A stretch of DNA of 64,000 nucleotides, taken from assembly GCF_006345805.1 (NCBI RefSeq), contig NC_042997.1, forward strand, positions 123,380,001 to 123,444,000. The letters are read 5' to 3'. The notes beneath the pieces are model-generated. The model was not told the DNA's origin and did no database searches. It was given only the letters and a program-made list of their open reading frames with translations. A program made the position numbers and the translations under genes. Of this stretch, positions 11,640-25,080 are shown piece after piece (positions within the stretch are counted from its first letter, which is position 1; each line of letters opens with the position of its first letter). This DNA is from Octopus sinensis. Its lineage: Eukaryota.

Positions 11640-12900
11640 ATAGTATAATTACATGGTGTAATTATAAGTAACTTAAAATTATCAATCTAAGAACAATGAC
11701 GAGCCACATCTTTTCATGCACACGTGCAGAGAGAATATGTGACATACTTCTCAGACCCATAGAATGTTATTCCTGTATATGCGAAGGCATATAGGAATGC
11801 AAAATATAAAATATTCAATTCAATATAAACATTTTTGCAATATAAAATAAATATGAAACATAAATGATGAGAAATTAATGAGAAAAATATACAAAGATGA
11901 GAAATATAATAATAAGAATTAATAGAGAATTAATAAGAAATATATTTAAAGACAGGAGATTAGAATTAAAAGCAGGAAAATATTAAATAATAAACTAAAA
12001 AGATAATAGGTATGCAAAAAATGAGACAGCTCAAGGTATTCATACTTAAGTAGATTAAGGTATAGATAAATTAATGATGATGATATCATTGGATGTGGTT
12101 TTATAAATTGTAATAGTACAGGTGCTAATGTATGTATGATTAAATAGTTCTTAGAGGGTGTAATATTTAGTCAAGGTAGGCTTACTATCTCATAACTCAA
12201 TACAAATGTACTTGATGTGACTGGTAGGGTATAAATCATAGAATTGATGGAAAGAACAGTGAAATCACCGTGGTGGGTGAAATCAGGCTAAACAGGCTGG
12301 GGTTAACACAGGGTAATATTATGTATAATACATCACATAAACATGATACATAGCATATAATATATGTAATGTAATACAACATATATAATATCCTACACTT
12401 GAGGGTAAGTTATAAAGGATACGGCGTCCAAAGCGAATTTCCACCATCAAGTCCCAATTATATTATTAGCTTCGAAAATACTTAAATGTGCTGGCGGTGA
12501 TATGTACCCATCATACCCTTAGGTCTAATCTATTATTAATTAGGTTGTTCTTGTCTCTGTACTTAAACATCTCATAAATTTCCATAGAACAATGCTCACA
12601 ACCTTATCTACAATCTCTATATAGCTGCTCACTCCGTATTACATCGCATTTAAAGCTAAATCTATACTTGCTTTCCTGAAGTTCTCAGATCTTACTAGAT
12701 AAAGAAGTACTATTTAGCTTCATGTCTAAGTCTAAACAATGAAAAATGGTTTTTAATAAGATTTTCATTTGCATCGAACACCCTATAAAGATAAAACTAC
12801 CACTTTTAGTCAAAATTATACATTTGCAAATTACGTTTTGGATTAAACAGCGCCCTAATAACGGGCAATGGGATTTTACCCTACAATTGCAACCGGGAGT
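11640..12900 (-). mobile_element. Penelope-like element 3' portion: GIY-YIG endonuclease pseudogene plus 3' UTR
   Basis: GCNCRVKSHCPLLGRCLIQNVICKC...FIFIGCS, then STSLSSKI*EL...CEHCSMEIYEM...NNLINNR, matching the PLE Cys-rich linker plus GIY-YIG domain. A degenerate HHR-like word (CTGAGAA...GAAA) lies near 11712-11754. Confidence 0.8.
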
Positions 12901-12911
12901 ATTACTGCTAT

Positions 12912-12967
<56 letters not shown>

Positions 12968-13284
12968 ATATAATTATTATCAGCATTATTATTACTCATA
13001 TTGGTACTACTTCCATTGACTATGGTATTACTTAAATTTATTGCAGCATCACCAAATACTGCCTCAATAATACCGGGGCTAGTTCAAACAACATAGCCCC
13101 AGTTTATATTATTCATAATAGATATATTAGTTCTGTTGTTCCAGATTCCTACATATCTATTATTATTATCATCATTACATGAGTTTAAATTATTATTGAC
13201 AATATTATTATTATTATCATTATTATTGCCTTTGCACAGCTTCTAACGCTATAGATATACTAAGGTGTCATTTGTTCACTATCA

Positions 13285-13334
<50 letters not shown>

Positions 13335-13337
<3 letters not shown>

Positions 13338-13549
13338 GGTCCCGGGTTGATTCGGGGTTAACCACAGTAAATAAGGTACTCAATACATAGCAGAGTAAAA
13401 TTAATTTATTATATAGAAGGAGCTTCTACAGGACTAGAACTGTTTCATTCAAGAGAAATCTTCAGGAAGCTCTTCCTGAAGAGCTTCCTGAAGATTTCTC
13501 TTGAATGAAACAGTTCTAGTCCTGTAGAAGCTCCTTCTATATAATAAAT
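13335..13549. ncRNA. Retrozyme/PLE mini-element: perfect 146-bp palindrome with two mirror-image type I hammerheads
   Basis: Arms 13404-13475 and 13478-13549 are exact reverse complements. Plus-strand HHR 13481-13533: gagcttc CTGAAGA t-ttc-tctt-gaa-t GAAA cag-ttctagtc-ctg TA gaagctc. Mirror copy 13420-13472. Confidence 0.8.
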
Positions 13550-13577
13550 AAATATATATATATATATATATATATAC

Positions 13578-13790
13578 ATATGTTTGTGTGTCTGTGTTTG
13601 TTTGTCCCTTACTACTACTTGGCAACACCGCTGTTGATGTGTTTACGTCCCTGTAACTTATGAATTCGGCGAAACAGACCGATCGAATAAGCATCAGGCT
13701 TAGAAATAAGTCCTGGTGGTTATTCGTTCGATAAACATCATTCAAGGCAGTTCCCCAGCATAGCCGCAATCCGATAACGGAAATAAGCAA
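13578..13790 (+). mobile_element. 3' half of the SINE family at 11012-11420, diverged
   Basis: Shared ATGTTTGTGTGTCTGTGTTTGT..GTGTTTACGTCCC..GACCGAT.GAATAAG..AATAAGTCC..CCAGCAT.GCCGCA blocks. Confidence 0.85.
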
Positions 13791-16700
13791 ATTGTAACAG
13801 ATTACTAAAAACAAAGAATTCATGTGATATAGCAATGTTAGAGACGCATATAGTCAAACGTAGAATATTTTACAAATAAACAAATCCCTAAAAACTGCGC
13901 AGATTATACAGAGATACATAACTGAATCTCAATCAGTCATACAAGCGTATACATATATTTCCCCGTGCACGATACCAAATAATATACTAAGTTAAACGAA
14001 GGTTCGGCCAAATATTTGATTACAAAATATCATTAGTTAAATCAGCAGAAAAATTAAACTCTTAGCATGTAATACACTAAGAGGTGCATTTCCTATAAGA
14101 CTTAATACGTTATATCTCGGCTTACGCTGAGCAAAACAGGTTGCCTTAATATAAAAGAGAACTTTTAAAATATTTTATATTTCAGAGTTAAGTGAATGTA
14201 TTATGATATTCTAAACGTATTCTTGTCGGTGTATCGACTTGTTGTCATAGGCATCGTCGTTCTCATTCTCGATATCACTGCTGGAGCCATGTTTGTAACT
14301 GTCTTCCTCTAAATACATCACTAGCCATATGCTATGTCCTAAAAGCTTCCTTTCAATCACAACAACACTAAAACATCGATCTCATAAAAAGCTTTGGCGC
14401 ATAAGTAATAAGACATGGAATTCTAAATCGAGACCAGTCGTCACCATATCTTCTTGTATTTACATACTTTTCAGTTACAGCAGTACTAAAGAATGCAAAT
14501 GGGAGAGTTTGAAGTTAATACCATCCTCAAAAGCAATGAGTAATCAGAGCCATAAACTTCCTCGCTGCATGAATCGCCACAGTGTCATGAACTCTATTAA
14601 GCGATGCTGTTTATATAGTTGTAAACCCAGTTTTTATACATATTAATGTACATAGCCTTACATATTAATGTATATGGATATTAGAAATGCAGCAGAATAG
14701 CATGCTGAAAAATGCAGTAATTAGAGCCCGAAATTGGTATTGCATATGCTAAAAAATGGAGCTTGATCGACTCTCAATCACATTATACATAAATGGGAAG
14801 GTACATTAGAAAATGTACTAATACAAATGATCAGATTTATAAACGTTTACACGGTACCCACTAATCACAAAAGAACGGAACCACATGAAGCAGATTACTG
14901 ACTGCCAGCGTATATTCATTAGCATTATTTACTTTCACAATATGTAAAGTAATAAAGAAAACTCATACTTTTATACTATCAATAGCTAAGATTAAATCTA
15001 TATTTACTTCCTGATTGCTGAAATATAAATATTATGTACTTTTACTGAAATAAATATTTGAATTCTTATATCGTTATTAAATACTTCGAGTATATGAATG
15101 AAACTTTGCTTCTTCTTTTCTTTGGGAGAGCCATAGTGTCTCATATTTTTAGTAAAATCTTTCTTTAGTAAGAAACATTTATTCTATTCTCAAAAGAGAT
15201 ATCTATTATCTCAATTATCTGAACTGATATTGCTAGAATGCAAAATCGAAAAAAAAAATATTAATAGTTTAAGTGTAACAACCTCAGTGCTTGAAGCTAT
15301 TCTCTGACTGTATTGAATTCGTTAAAATATTTTCGAGGAATGGAGGATATAAAGAATCAGGAAAATTATAAATCTTTATTAAGAAATTTATAGGCAACAA
15401 CTTGCAAACGGAACTCAATCTAGTATAGCGTTCAATAAATTACAGAATAATAGGTTTTATTAGTAATAAGACAAAGGGCTTCTTGTTACGAGCTAATTGC
15501 TTACAAGCTAATGGCAATGGAATTGCATACTCCCAAGATAAATGATGTAGAAGACATCCACATTTCCAGATTCCAGTTATGTTCTGAATCCGAAGTAGAG
15601 TTGCACTAAAAATATGGTTTGGACTTGTTGCCATTATTAATGGTATATAACTAGAAAGAAAATTCACCTTTAAGTCTTTAATTTCAGCGAGTTCAATATT
15701 TGCTTTAATTCATTTATACGTATTGTGTTAATATTAGATAAATCCTGGAATCGTTACTACATGAAATAATTATCTCCACTGATTGCTGTGGCAAGTAAGA
15801 CGCTGCTTTGTTAATTATATAAATGCCATTCTTAAAAAGTTCACAGCCGATAATTTCGCTGGATGTAGATTTTTATATAACTTGAGTGTATTTTTTAAAG
15901 CAGTTATAATATATGTGTATTAAAAATGTTCATTACATGATATGATAGATATATACCAAAATCTCTTTATCAGAAAAATCAAAACACTTTTATTTTAACA
16001 TAAAAACACTTCGACGAAAATAAATTTAAATATTTAATCAATAAAATATTTTTTCCCATAATTATTTTCACGATATTTTAATTCAAACGAGGAAAACGTG
16101 GCTGGACCTTTGCGCCAACGTAATAGCTTTTGGCTAACAATAATTTACCAGCTAAATCGAGCCTAAAAAAGAAAGGAAAATAACGAACAATATCTTTCTT
16201 GTAAATGCGGTCTGAAATATAAGTGAGAGGTATGAATTAAATCACAGAGTGTTAAAAACAATTAACGTCAAAAATTAAATATACAGTTTAAATTTTAACA
16301 AGAATAAAGTTATGTGCCAATATTTTTATTTATACAACTAAGCTAGCCAAATAGTTTAGGTTATATATTCCTGATTTGAGCTGCACAAAATAAATGTTTA
16401 TGGAAGTTTTGGCGTTCATCCCAGAAGTATTAGCAAAACTTTCTTTCTTTCTCCTCTCGTATTGACTCATCATCCAATATCATCGGAAGGAAAACTTATA
16501 TAAAGCCAAAATGCGAATCGTTCTTTCGTAAATAATTGGTGATTATTTAAATAGAGATATTCAATAATAGTTTGTTTTTTAGGAACTGTACAGCATCTAC
16601 GAAATAAACTGTAAAATAAAGAGATTGTAGTTTCAGAAAATAGGCGTCGGAAATCTACAAAGAAAAACATATAAATATCATAAAGACGGACATTCAAATA

Positions 16701-17019
16701 CTTATATATGATAATAAGGTTCCTACCTATATATTTACAACGGTGGAGAGGCGAGGGGATAGATGTTTCCTAAACACACGAGAATGAGTACACACATAAG
16801 GATAAACACATACAAACACACACAAAATCATACACACCTATTCACACAGACTCGAATCGTATGTTATATCATTTACAGACTTATTTTATCTTCAAAAACA
16901 TTTAATTATATATTATCATTGGTAGTTTTGTATGGAGAAATATATGTAATTGTGATTCTGCATATTGCTGTATGGATAATTTTCGTATATATACTTTTAA
17001 TGGCATACAATTAACTCAA

Positions 17020-17024
17020 CACAC

Positions 17025-17058
<34 letters not shown>

Positions 17059-17363
17059 ACACACACACACACACACACAGAGTCATGTATGTGTTTATGT
17101 ATGTACATATGTATGTATGCAAGTACATATATGTATATATGCATGTATATGTGTATATATATACGTAGATATAACGGGAGATAAAATATAGGTAGGTAGA
17201 TATAGAGACAGTTGTGTGTGTATATATATATATAGTGAGAGAAGGAGAGAGATACATACAGACAGATAGATTGATAGATAGATAGATAGATAGATAGATA
17301 GCTAGATAGATAGATAGATAGATGCATAGATGGATATATATATAGATAGATAGATAAATAGAC

Positions 17364-17445
<82 letters not shown>

Positions 17446-17490
17446 GTAGATAGATAGATATGTAGGTAGGTAGGTAGATAGATAGATAGA
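17020..17490. repeat. Compound (CA)n/(TATG)n/(GATA)n microsatellites
   Basis: Direct reading. Confidence 0.95.
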
Positions 17491-18080
17491 GAACTTTAAT
17501 TCTTTTATATGAAATGTTTCCTGGAAATAAGATAATAATCTAGACATAGCGGTAAAATTACGAACCTCAATATTATGAATAAATTGTCAGGTACGAACCA
17601 ATTAACAAGTTAATGTAGTACAAAGAGAATGTTCCATGAAAGCCTGTATGTAGATTGTAAGATTTTGTTGAATGCAAAGTTTATTTTTCTTGAAAAAGCA
17701 TTCTCCACCTATTGAATTCACATATCAAACGTAATGTTATCACATCTGAGCAGGTCAAGAATGGTTTTAAACATTAGGCTGAACACATCAAATTAAAAAA
17801 ACCCCTCAAAACTTTAAGCAGTATGTTTCGATATTAGTAGAGCGACAAGAGTATGCATTGAAATGCGACAGTACAGCTTTTGCCTAGCTCACAAATGTAA
17901 TATTCTGAAACCATACAAATTTCTAAATATATATATTAAGTTGTGTCTAAATGCTGAGACATAAGAACTTTATGAAAAATGTGTTATAATAGAAAATTAA
18001 TATGCGATAATTATGAATTTAATCTGTCACATGGGGAGAATGCATAAGAATGCCACTGACAGCACGATACATTGATGTGA

Positions 18081-18525
18081 GAAGGTGGCGAGCTGGGCGA
18101 AATGCTGAGCAGTATTTAGTCTGCCGTTACGTTCTGAGTTCAAATTCCGCCGAGGTCGACTTTGCCCGTCTTCCTTTCGGGGTCGATTAAATAAGTACCA
18201 GTTACGCACTGGGATCGATGTAATCGACTTAATCCGTTTATCTGTCCTTGTTTGTCCTCTCTGTGTTTAGCCCCTTGTAGGTAGTAAAGAAATAGGTATT
18301 TAGTCTGCCGCTACGTTCTGAGTTCAAATTCCACCGAGGTTGATATTACATTTCATCCTTTCGGGTCGATAAATTAAGTAACAGTTGCGTACTGGGCCAT
18401 CTTCCCCGAAAATTTATTCCCTCTGAAACTTATTCCCTCTGAAAATTTATTCCCTCTGAAAAACCCTAATCGACTTGCCCTCCTCCTCGAAAATTTCAGG
18501 CCTTGTGCCTAGAGTAGAAAAGAAT
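18081..18525 (+). mobile_element. Composite (dimeric) SINE with an internal ~17-bp triplication
   Basis: Same two-core layout and tail as 4387-4781; (AAAATTTATTCCCTCTG) x3 near 18409-18460. Confidence 0.88.
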
Positions 18526-20502
18526 GCATTGATACAAGCTAAGTAAAACTATATATGAAGAATTACTACTACAAAGTTCTAGTAAAAATAAACTTCAGTT
18601 CACTTCGTGTAGTCTATTTCAGAGACCATCAACCTTACAGTGTACTTAACTGAAACTTTAACCATTCATGTGCTACTCCAATTATTTTCAACAATAATAT
18701 CTGACAAAACTTGGCAAGCATTAAATATATCATAGTGCACTTAGACCCTAGCCTGTTAATTCATCATTATGTTGCCTGAAAAGAGTCGTAAATGACAGAA
18801 TAGTCGTTGCAGTTATCTAGTGAGTTAGGTCTCTTTTGGGATTAAAAAAACTCTGCTGTATGAACTGACCTATTGTTCTAGTGTCTGCACCCGTAAATTT
18901 CCACATTATTTTTGAGTGGTTGTGTGTGTGTGTCTGTGTGTGCGTCTGTGTGTGTGCCTGTGTGTCTGTGTGTGTGTCCCTGTATGTCTGTGTGTGTGTT
19001 TGTGTATGACTAAATACTAACTGATTAAAAACAAAATTAAATATACCAATAACAGCAATAACACGAACAACATTAATAAAATAACAAATAATCTTTCTGC
19101 TCTTGGAACATGGCCAAGGAGTTTAAAGATAAAGCAAAGTCGATTATATGGGCCCCAATACGTGATAGGTACATACTATCTTGATCACGTAATTATGACG
19201 GGTAAAGTCCGCCTTGAGTGGAGAAGCTTAGACGAGACTTCAAGTCAGGTAATTCATTGTTACTATATTGTGTGGCCAGAAATAATGGTAGGAAAAGCTG
19301 ATCTCGGTAGAATTTCACCTAGAGATTCTGACAATCCAACATCAAAATATGAAGAATAACAGCAATAATTCATTAAATTTGGCCTCGCCGAGATTTGATC
19401 CCAGGGCGTTAACAAACAAAATACCAGTAAGGCATTTTGTTTTTCACTCACACTATTCTGCTAAAGTGTCACCCTTAATTTAGGCGTAATCTATTGACCA
19501 AATCTTTAGCTGGAGGAGTATATTCTAATGACTGCACTTTCCAGTTGTCGCATGTTTTATCGAGTTCGACCTCGTAAGGATGAAGCGCTCAGTAAATTCG
19601 AGCTCAGATCATTGGGAGACGAATGTATAAAGAATGCATTATTCAGCTCATTCTTCCACAAGTAGCTTCGAAACATTGATCCAACATTCAGAAGCTCACT
19701 CCATAGGTTACCGTATGAGGAGTAGGAGATGAATAGGAAAATATAGTACAAAACGCAAACATTATGAAGACAGATAGAGTCAATGAACAAGAGAGGAAAA
19801 ATTACAAAATAAATAAATATAAAATATAAAATTAAAAAAATATCTTATTAATTTGGAGATTAGACGAAGCTATTAGATGTAATGCCAAAATAGTTTGAAA
19901 CTTTATTGGCTATTACTGAAGTAAAAACTGATATGATGGCTCTCCATTATCGAAGTAGAGAAACGAGAAAAAAATCAATTTTGTTTTCTCTTTTCATTAT
20001 TTAGAATAGCTTGCAATATTTGTAAAGAGTATTTCATAAACATTGATTTCTTTAATTGTTAGACAGTGTCAAACACATTTCGCTGGCTCACTAACCAAAA
20101 GTCTGCTTTCTCTCCTTCATTGTTCTTTGATAAAATATTATCGGTTAAAGCATTACAGCTGCACACGATGTATTTTTTTTTCTTTTTGTATTAAGTACAG
20201 GGAAACCACAAGATATTATTGAAATTTGCTGTTTTCGAAATTGGTTTTCCAAGAATAAATTTTCAAAAGGGTCTGCTTTAATATTTTTACTTGCATGCAC
20301 ATATATTATTGCAACACCATTGTGCCACACACAAGTGCACGCACATCAGTACATTTTTAACAAATATTCTTTGTTTAAAATCCAGCGAATATTTCACTTC
20401 GATTTTTGAAAGCATACACGTACACACGCGGACACACATCTATTTATAAGGTTGTGTAAAGAGGGAGACAGAACGTGAGATAAAAAAAGTGAGTGTGTAT
20501 GT

Positions 20503-20541
<39 letters not shown>

Positions 20542-22057
20542 CTTATTTATAAAAATACATGATGTATATAATACGTAAGTTGTATAAACTATGAGTCTAT
20601 AAACGTTACTTACAACATTTTGTAAGTACATAGTAAAGTGGTGACTGATAATCATTGAAAAAGAGCTACACAATAGGAAAGTTCTTGTTGGTTTCAGACC
20701 GCATGACTCTTTAAAGCATTTGTAGTATAATTGGGGATTTCTGATTGGTAGGCTACAAAGGAAAATTCCAATGTAATTTGTGTTATAAAACCTAATGTAG
20801 TGAAACATGAAATTTTCCTGCAGCCAATAATCTTGACTCTAACGCACCAAATTTTCTCCAACGTCTAGCAGTAACATGCTAACAGCCGAAACAGTTAAAT
20901 CTATAGCGTCTGTCATAGCTTACATGAATATTACGTGGAATTGAAAATAATTCTTAGGTTGAAGTACAGAAATATCCTGTACAAATTGGCATGCCGATAA
21001 CAAAAAAAGAAAGAAAGAAAAGAAAACACTAAAATTTGGAAAATTATGATGTTCTCACATGCTAACATTACAGCCTTTTTTACTGGTTATAGCTATAATC
21101 CTTACAACTACCTGCTAAAAATATATGAAATAACACAATATCATTAATGAATATCACTCTCCGGTGTATTTTCACTCAACACTGAAAAGATTTTTTATAA
21201 TTTTATTCCTTCTATGCTCATTCATCCAGCATAACAAAATTAAGATTCTGTATTCCTTGCGAATAATCTAAATGCTCAGATGATTTCATATTAATGCTTA
21301 GATAGATCAAAACCATTAATCTATTCTGTAATATCGCGATGTTGATAAATTATAATGAAACACGGGTATTCAATTACGAAATTGTTTAAAATGCTTTCCA
21401 GTTGTGTATATAATTGAAACAATAAAATTTTTCAAAATATGCAAATAACATCGTCACCACACATAATTAAGCACCCGCACAAATGCAAAACTAGCCACGC
21501 GAGCGCACACACAATCACAATTGCATCTTTTGTTTGTTATATGTATGTGTGCGTAAGAATCACGTCTCTTTTTATTGTTGTCTGTATGTGTGTGTAAGAA
21601 TCACGCCGGTGTTAAAAGCAATTAAGCAAGGAAACTACTTAATACTGTTGTGTATATATTTAGGATATTAAGGATCGGTAACATAAATCTCTTACACATT
21701 TAACTGCTAAATGTATATTTGCACGAAAGTACTTTTTTCTCTGTGTGAGTGTGAGACAATGTGCGTGTGATGGTGTATTAGTGCTTACATTTAAAATTGC
21801 AATTATAGCAGATGCGACTAATGCACATTTTTAAAACGTTGCACAGGAACTAACACACTGCTCATACATCTATTGATGCGTGTACGCTCATCAGCAATTG
21901 CCACAAGCCATCATCCTGTCGAAAAAATTCTATAATTGATATTACATCAGTATATGACTGTTAATCTATTGATTCTAGAAATATCAAATTTTACTAATTT
22001 TTTGTTTGCTTTCGTTAGCCTTTTGTTTTCTTTTATTCTAGTAACCTTTGTTACATA

Positions 22058-22446
22058 TCTATATATATAAAGCTGAAGTTGCCTGTGTATGGCAGGTTTG
22101 GTAGCCTTCAACTGACACTATCCCCTCCGAGACCCTGCGACGCAAGTTGACAAAAATTGAGAGTATGATAGAAGGTTTGCTCTTCCTTCCGTAGAAGAAA
22201 AAAATTCAAATCGGACCATGTTAACACTAAAAATTATTTACACCAAAAAGGTGCTTTTTTCTATGAAAATCCCTATTTTCTACGATTTTTTGACTGCTGT
22301 GTCGCCAATTTTCGCTGTATTTCAATCAGAAAAAAATGTTCACTTAAAGAGGATAACAAGCTACATAATGCAAACATTTTACTTTTCAAAAATTCCAATT
22401 CTAAAGGATCGAAACAAACCCGAGCAACGCCGGGCGATACTGCAAG
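22058..22446 (+). mobile_element. Non-autonomous Helitron
   Basis: 5' TC-TATATATATAAAG after an A; 3' hairpin CCCGAGCAACGCCGGG (22419-22434); ends CAAG (CTAG variant) before a T, consistent with A|T insertion without TSD. Confidence 0.8.
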
Positions 22447-23523
22447 TAATATATGAGCTTGGAAAACAGCACAAATACGTTACTCAAAGTATAACACCAT
22501 TAAACTATCTGCTAATACCAAATATGGCAACTTAGAAATTTACTCGCAATAACCTAAGAGAATTACTTACCGTGAATTTTCTGGAATTTAAATTGTAAGT
22601 TTAGATGCACATATTCAGATATAAATATCTAAACAGTGTATTATAGTAAAAATAAGCTCAGTTGTCAACACAGTAAGATATAATACAATATAGAAAACTA
22701 TAGAATATCTTTCATCTAACAGGGGAACATTTATTTTACTTTAAATATTTTAAGGTACGTTGTACTCCGTTATTGAAACACAATATATCATAAGCTATAC
22801 TGAAAGCTTTCATAAGTCAGTACTACGTACGTTCTGTTGCGTCAGCAGTGCTCTTACATTATTTTGTTAATGTTAAATCTACAGATATATGATAGAACTT
22901 ATAGCGAGCACTGATTTTTGCTACAACGTCTCGTATTGAGACGTCAGATGCAAACAGACAATGTGATTGAAGACAAAAGTGAGTAATTAATGTATAATCC
23001 ATATTTCAGTAGATGTTACCCCTTCTTCAGAACTCATCTCATCCACTATTGCCTCCAAAAGTTGTTTATATAGCCACCGAATACAAATATGTTAAGTTAT
23101 TGGATATCCCAGTTTACATAATAGATGGATTTCTGAGGCTGGTATGTAATCATTCAAGATTTGCAATTACGTGATATTTCGTTCTTCAAATACAATATAC
23201 TATAAGGTATACTAAATGTTTTCATGAGTCAACACCACATTCTATTGCGCCAGCAGTGTTCTTACATTATTCTGTTAAGGTTATTTCTACAGATACTCTA
23301 TAGGATTGATTTATTTCATTATTCAGTTGATGCTATATAGGAAAACGTTTCCTCCATCTTCGACAGATGTCATGGATTCCGAATATAATCAATATACAAC
23401 AATTTCACAACTTGCAAAGAAATACCGAAATTTTAAATATTCGATCATATGTTGAGATATCAGAATGATTGGAACACTTCTAACAAAGATCACATTACCT
23501 TACGCATAATCTCAATGCGTAAC

Positions 23524-23708
23524 AGTATTTCGTCCGCCGTTACGTTCAGAGTTCAAATTCCGCCGAGGTTGACTTTGCCTTTGATTCTTTCGGGGACGAT
23601 AAATAAAGTACCACTTACGCACTGGGGTCGATGTAATCGATTTAATCCCTTTGTCTGTCTTTGTTTGTCCCCTCTACGTTTAGCCCCTTGTGGGCAATAA
23701 AGAAATAG
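23524..23708 (+). mobile_element. 5'-truncated SINE (first family)
   Basis: GAGTTCAAATTCCGCCGAGGTTGACTTTGCCTTT..GGGGTCGATGTAATCGA..AGCCCCTTGTGGG. Confidence 0.88.
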
Positions 23709-24426
23709 ATATTGTTTTGAACTTTCACTTTTGTATATCAACAGATTAATTTTCGCGACGAAAGAACTCGTCCGACCTACTAATTATATCAAATCTCCAA
23801 ATGTTAGAAATTTGCCTACCAAATTCATCATTCGCAAAAACACTGCATTGTGAATCCCACCGTGGTTGAGAACACAAATATACTTCGCTATATATACTTC
23901 AAAGATCACACTACTTTACACGTAATCTCATTCAGACTTGCAATGATGTCTTCACTTTCAACACCACAAGAAATAAAACCTCCAAATTGTTTCTCAGTGA
24001 TATAGTTACAATTGAAGTTGCTCTTGGAATACAGTGGATGCATTCATATCTTTGATTGTATCGAGGAAATCTTAAATCACATTCCATCCACTTAGGCTTT
24101 CAGCGGGAATAAGAACCCTTGCACTTCTTCGTTGTGTTGCTACTGGTGTGGGGGTGGATATCGTTGCAAGTCTGAGAGAAGTTAAGTGCAAATGGGTGCA
24201 AATCCGTTATTAGCAAATTTGTGGTTTGTTAGCTTTAGGTCAGCTTTGATCGATGAAAGATTATAATCAAAGGAATTCTGGCCAAATTAATCTTCTCTAT
24301 TTTCTGATACACTTAAGAGAAATAGATAAATAGATAAACATATATGCGTAGACATATATATACGTATACATACATAAAGTGACACGCAGACACAGAGACA
24401 CAAACAGCACAAACGCACACGCACGC

Positions 24427-24493
<67 letters not shown>

Positions 24494-25080
24494 TATATAT
24501 TCACATAAACATTCTGTTATAAAGTTAAGTACCACTAACCATTTAGGAGGGCTCTTAAATATTTGTTCTAATTTATAAAAATGCCGAAATGATTATTAAC
24601 TGGGAAATATAAGTTTCAGTCTCCTGTATTTAAAAATTCCGTACACTTTTATTGGGATTTTCAACCCCTCCTGCTTATTACTTCTTATATGGAGTTTAAA
24701 ACTAGCTCATCTAGAGAGAGAAAGTTACCTATATTTCTATTTTATATTTATCATCACCTAACTCTTACTCGTTAGTCGCGTTTTAAATAGACATGTCTCC
24801 TAGAAGAATTACACATTAAAAATTAATAAGAAAACATTACCCATGTCATTCTGAAGTCCATCTTTTTCTTTATTAGTTTCTTATTTCTTCTTACTGTTCT
24901 ACTGATAAGTACTCTTTGACAACTCAGGTCCTTAAAAATAATTTATTGTCTTTTTGTGCAAAACGATCGTCTAGCGAATTGAATAATTATATATTTAATC
25001 CCATATTATCATCTAATCTCCTCTATTTATGAAAAATATGATTGAATTTGTCGAACTTCTTTCTATAACTTAAATCATGT

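Noticed and set aside
22571-22580. 10-nt minus-strand micro-exon (CCAG|AAAATTCACG|GTAAGT)
   Set aside because: Weak polypyrimidine tract and no link to other exons.
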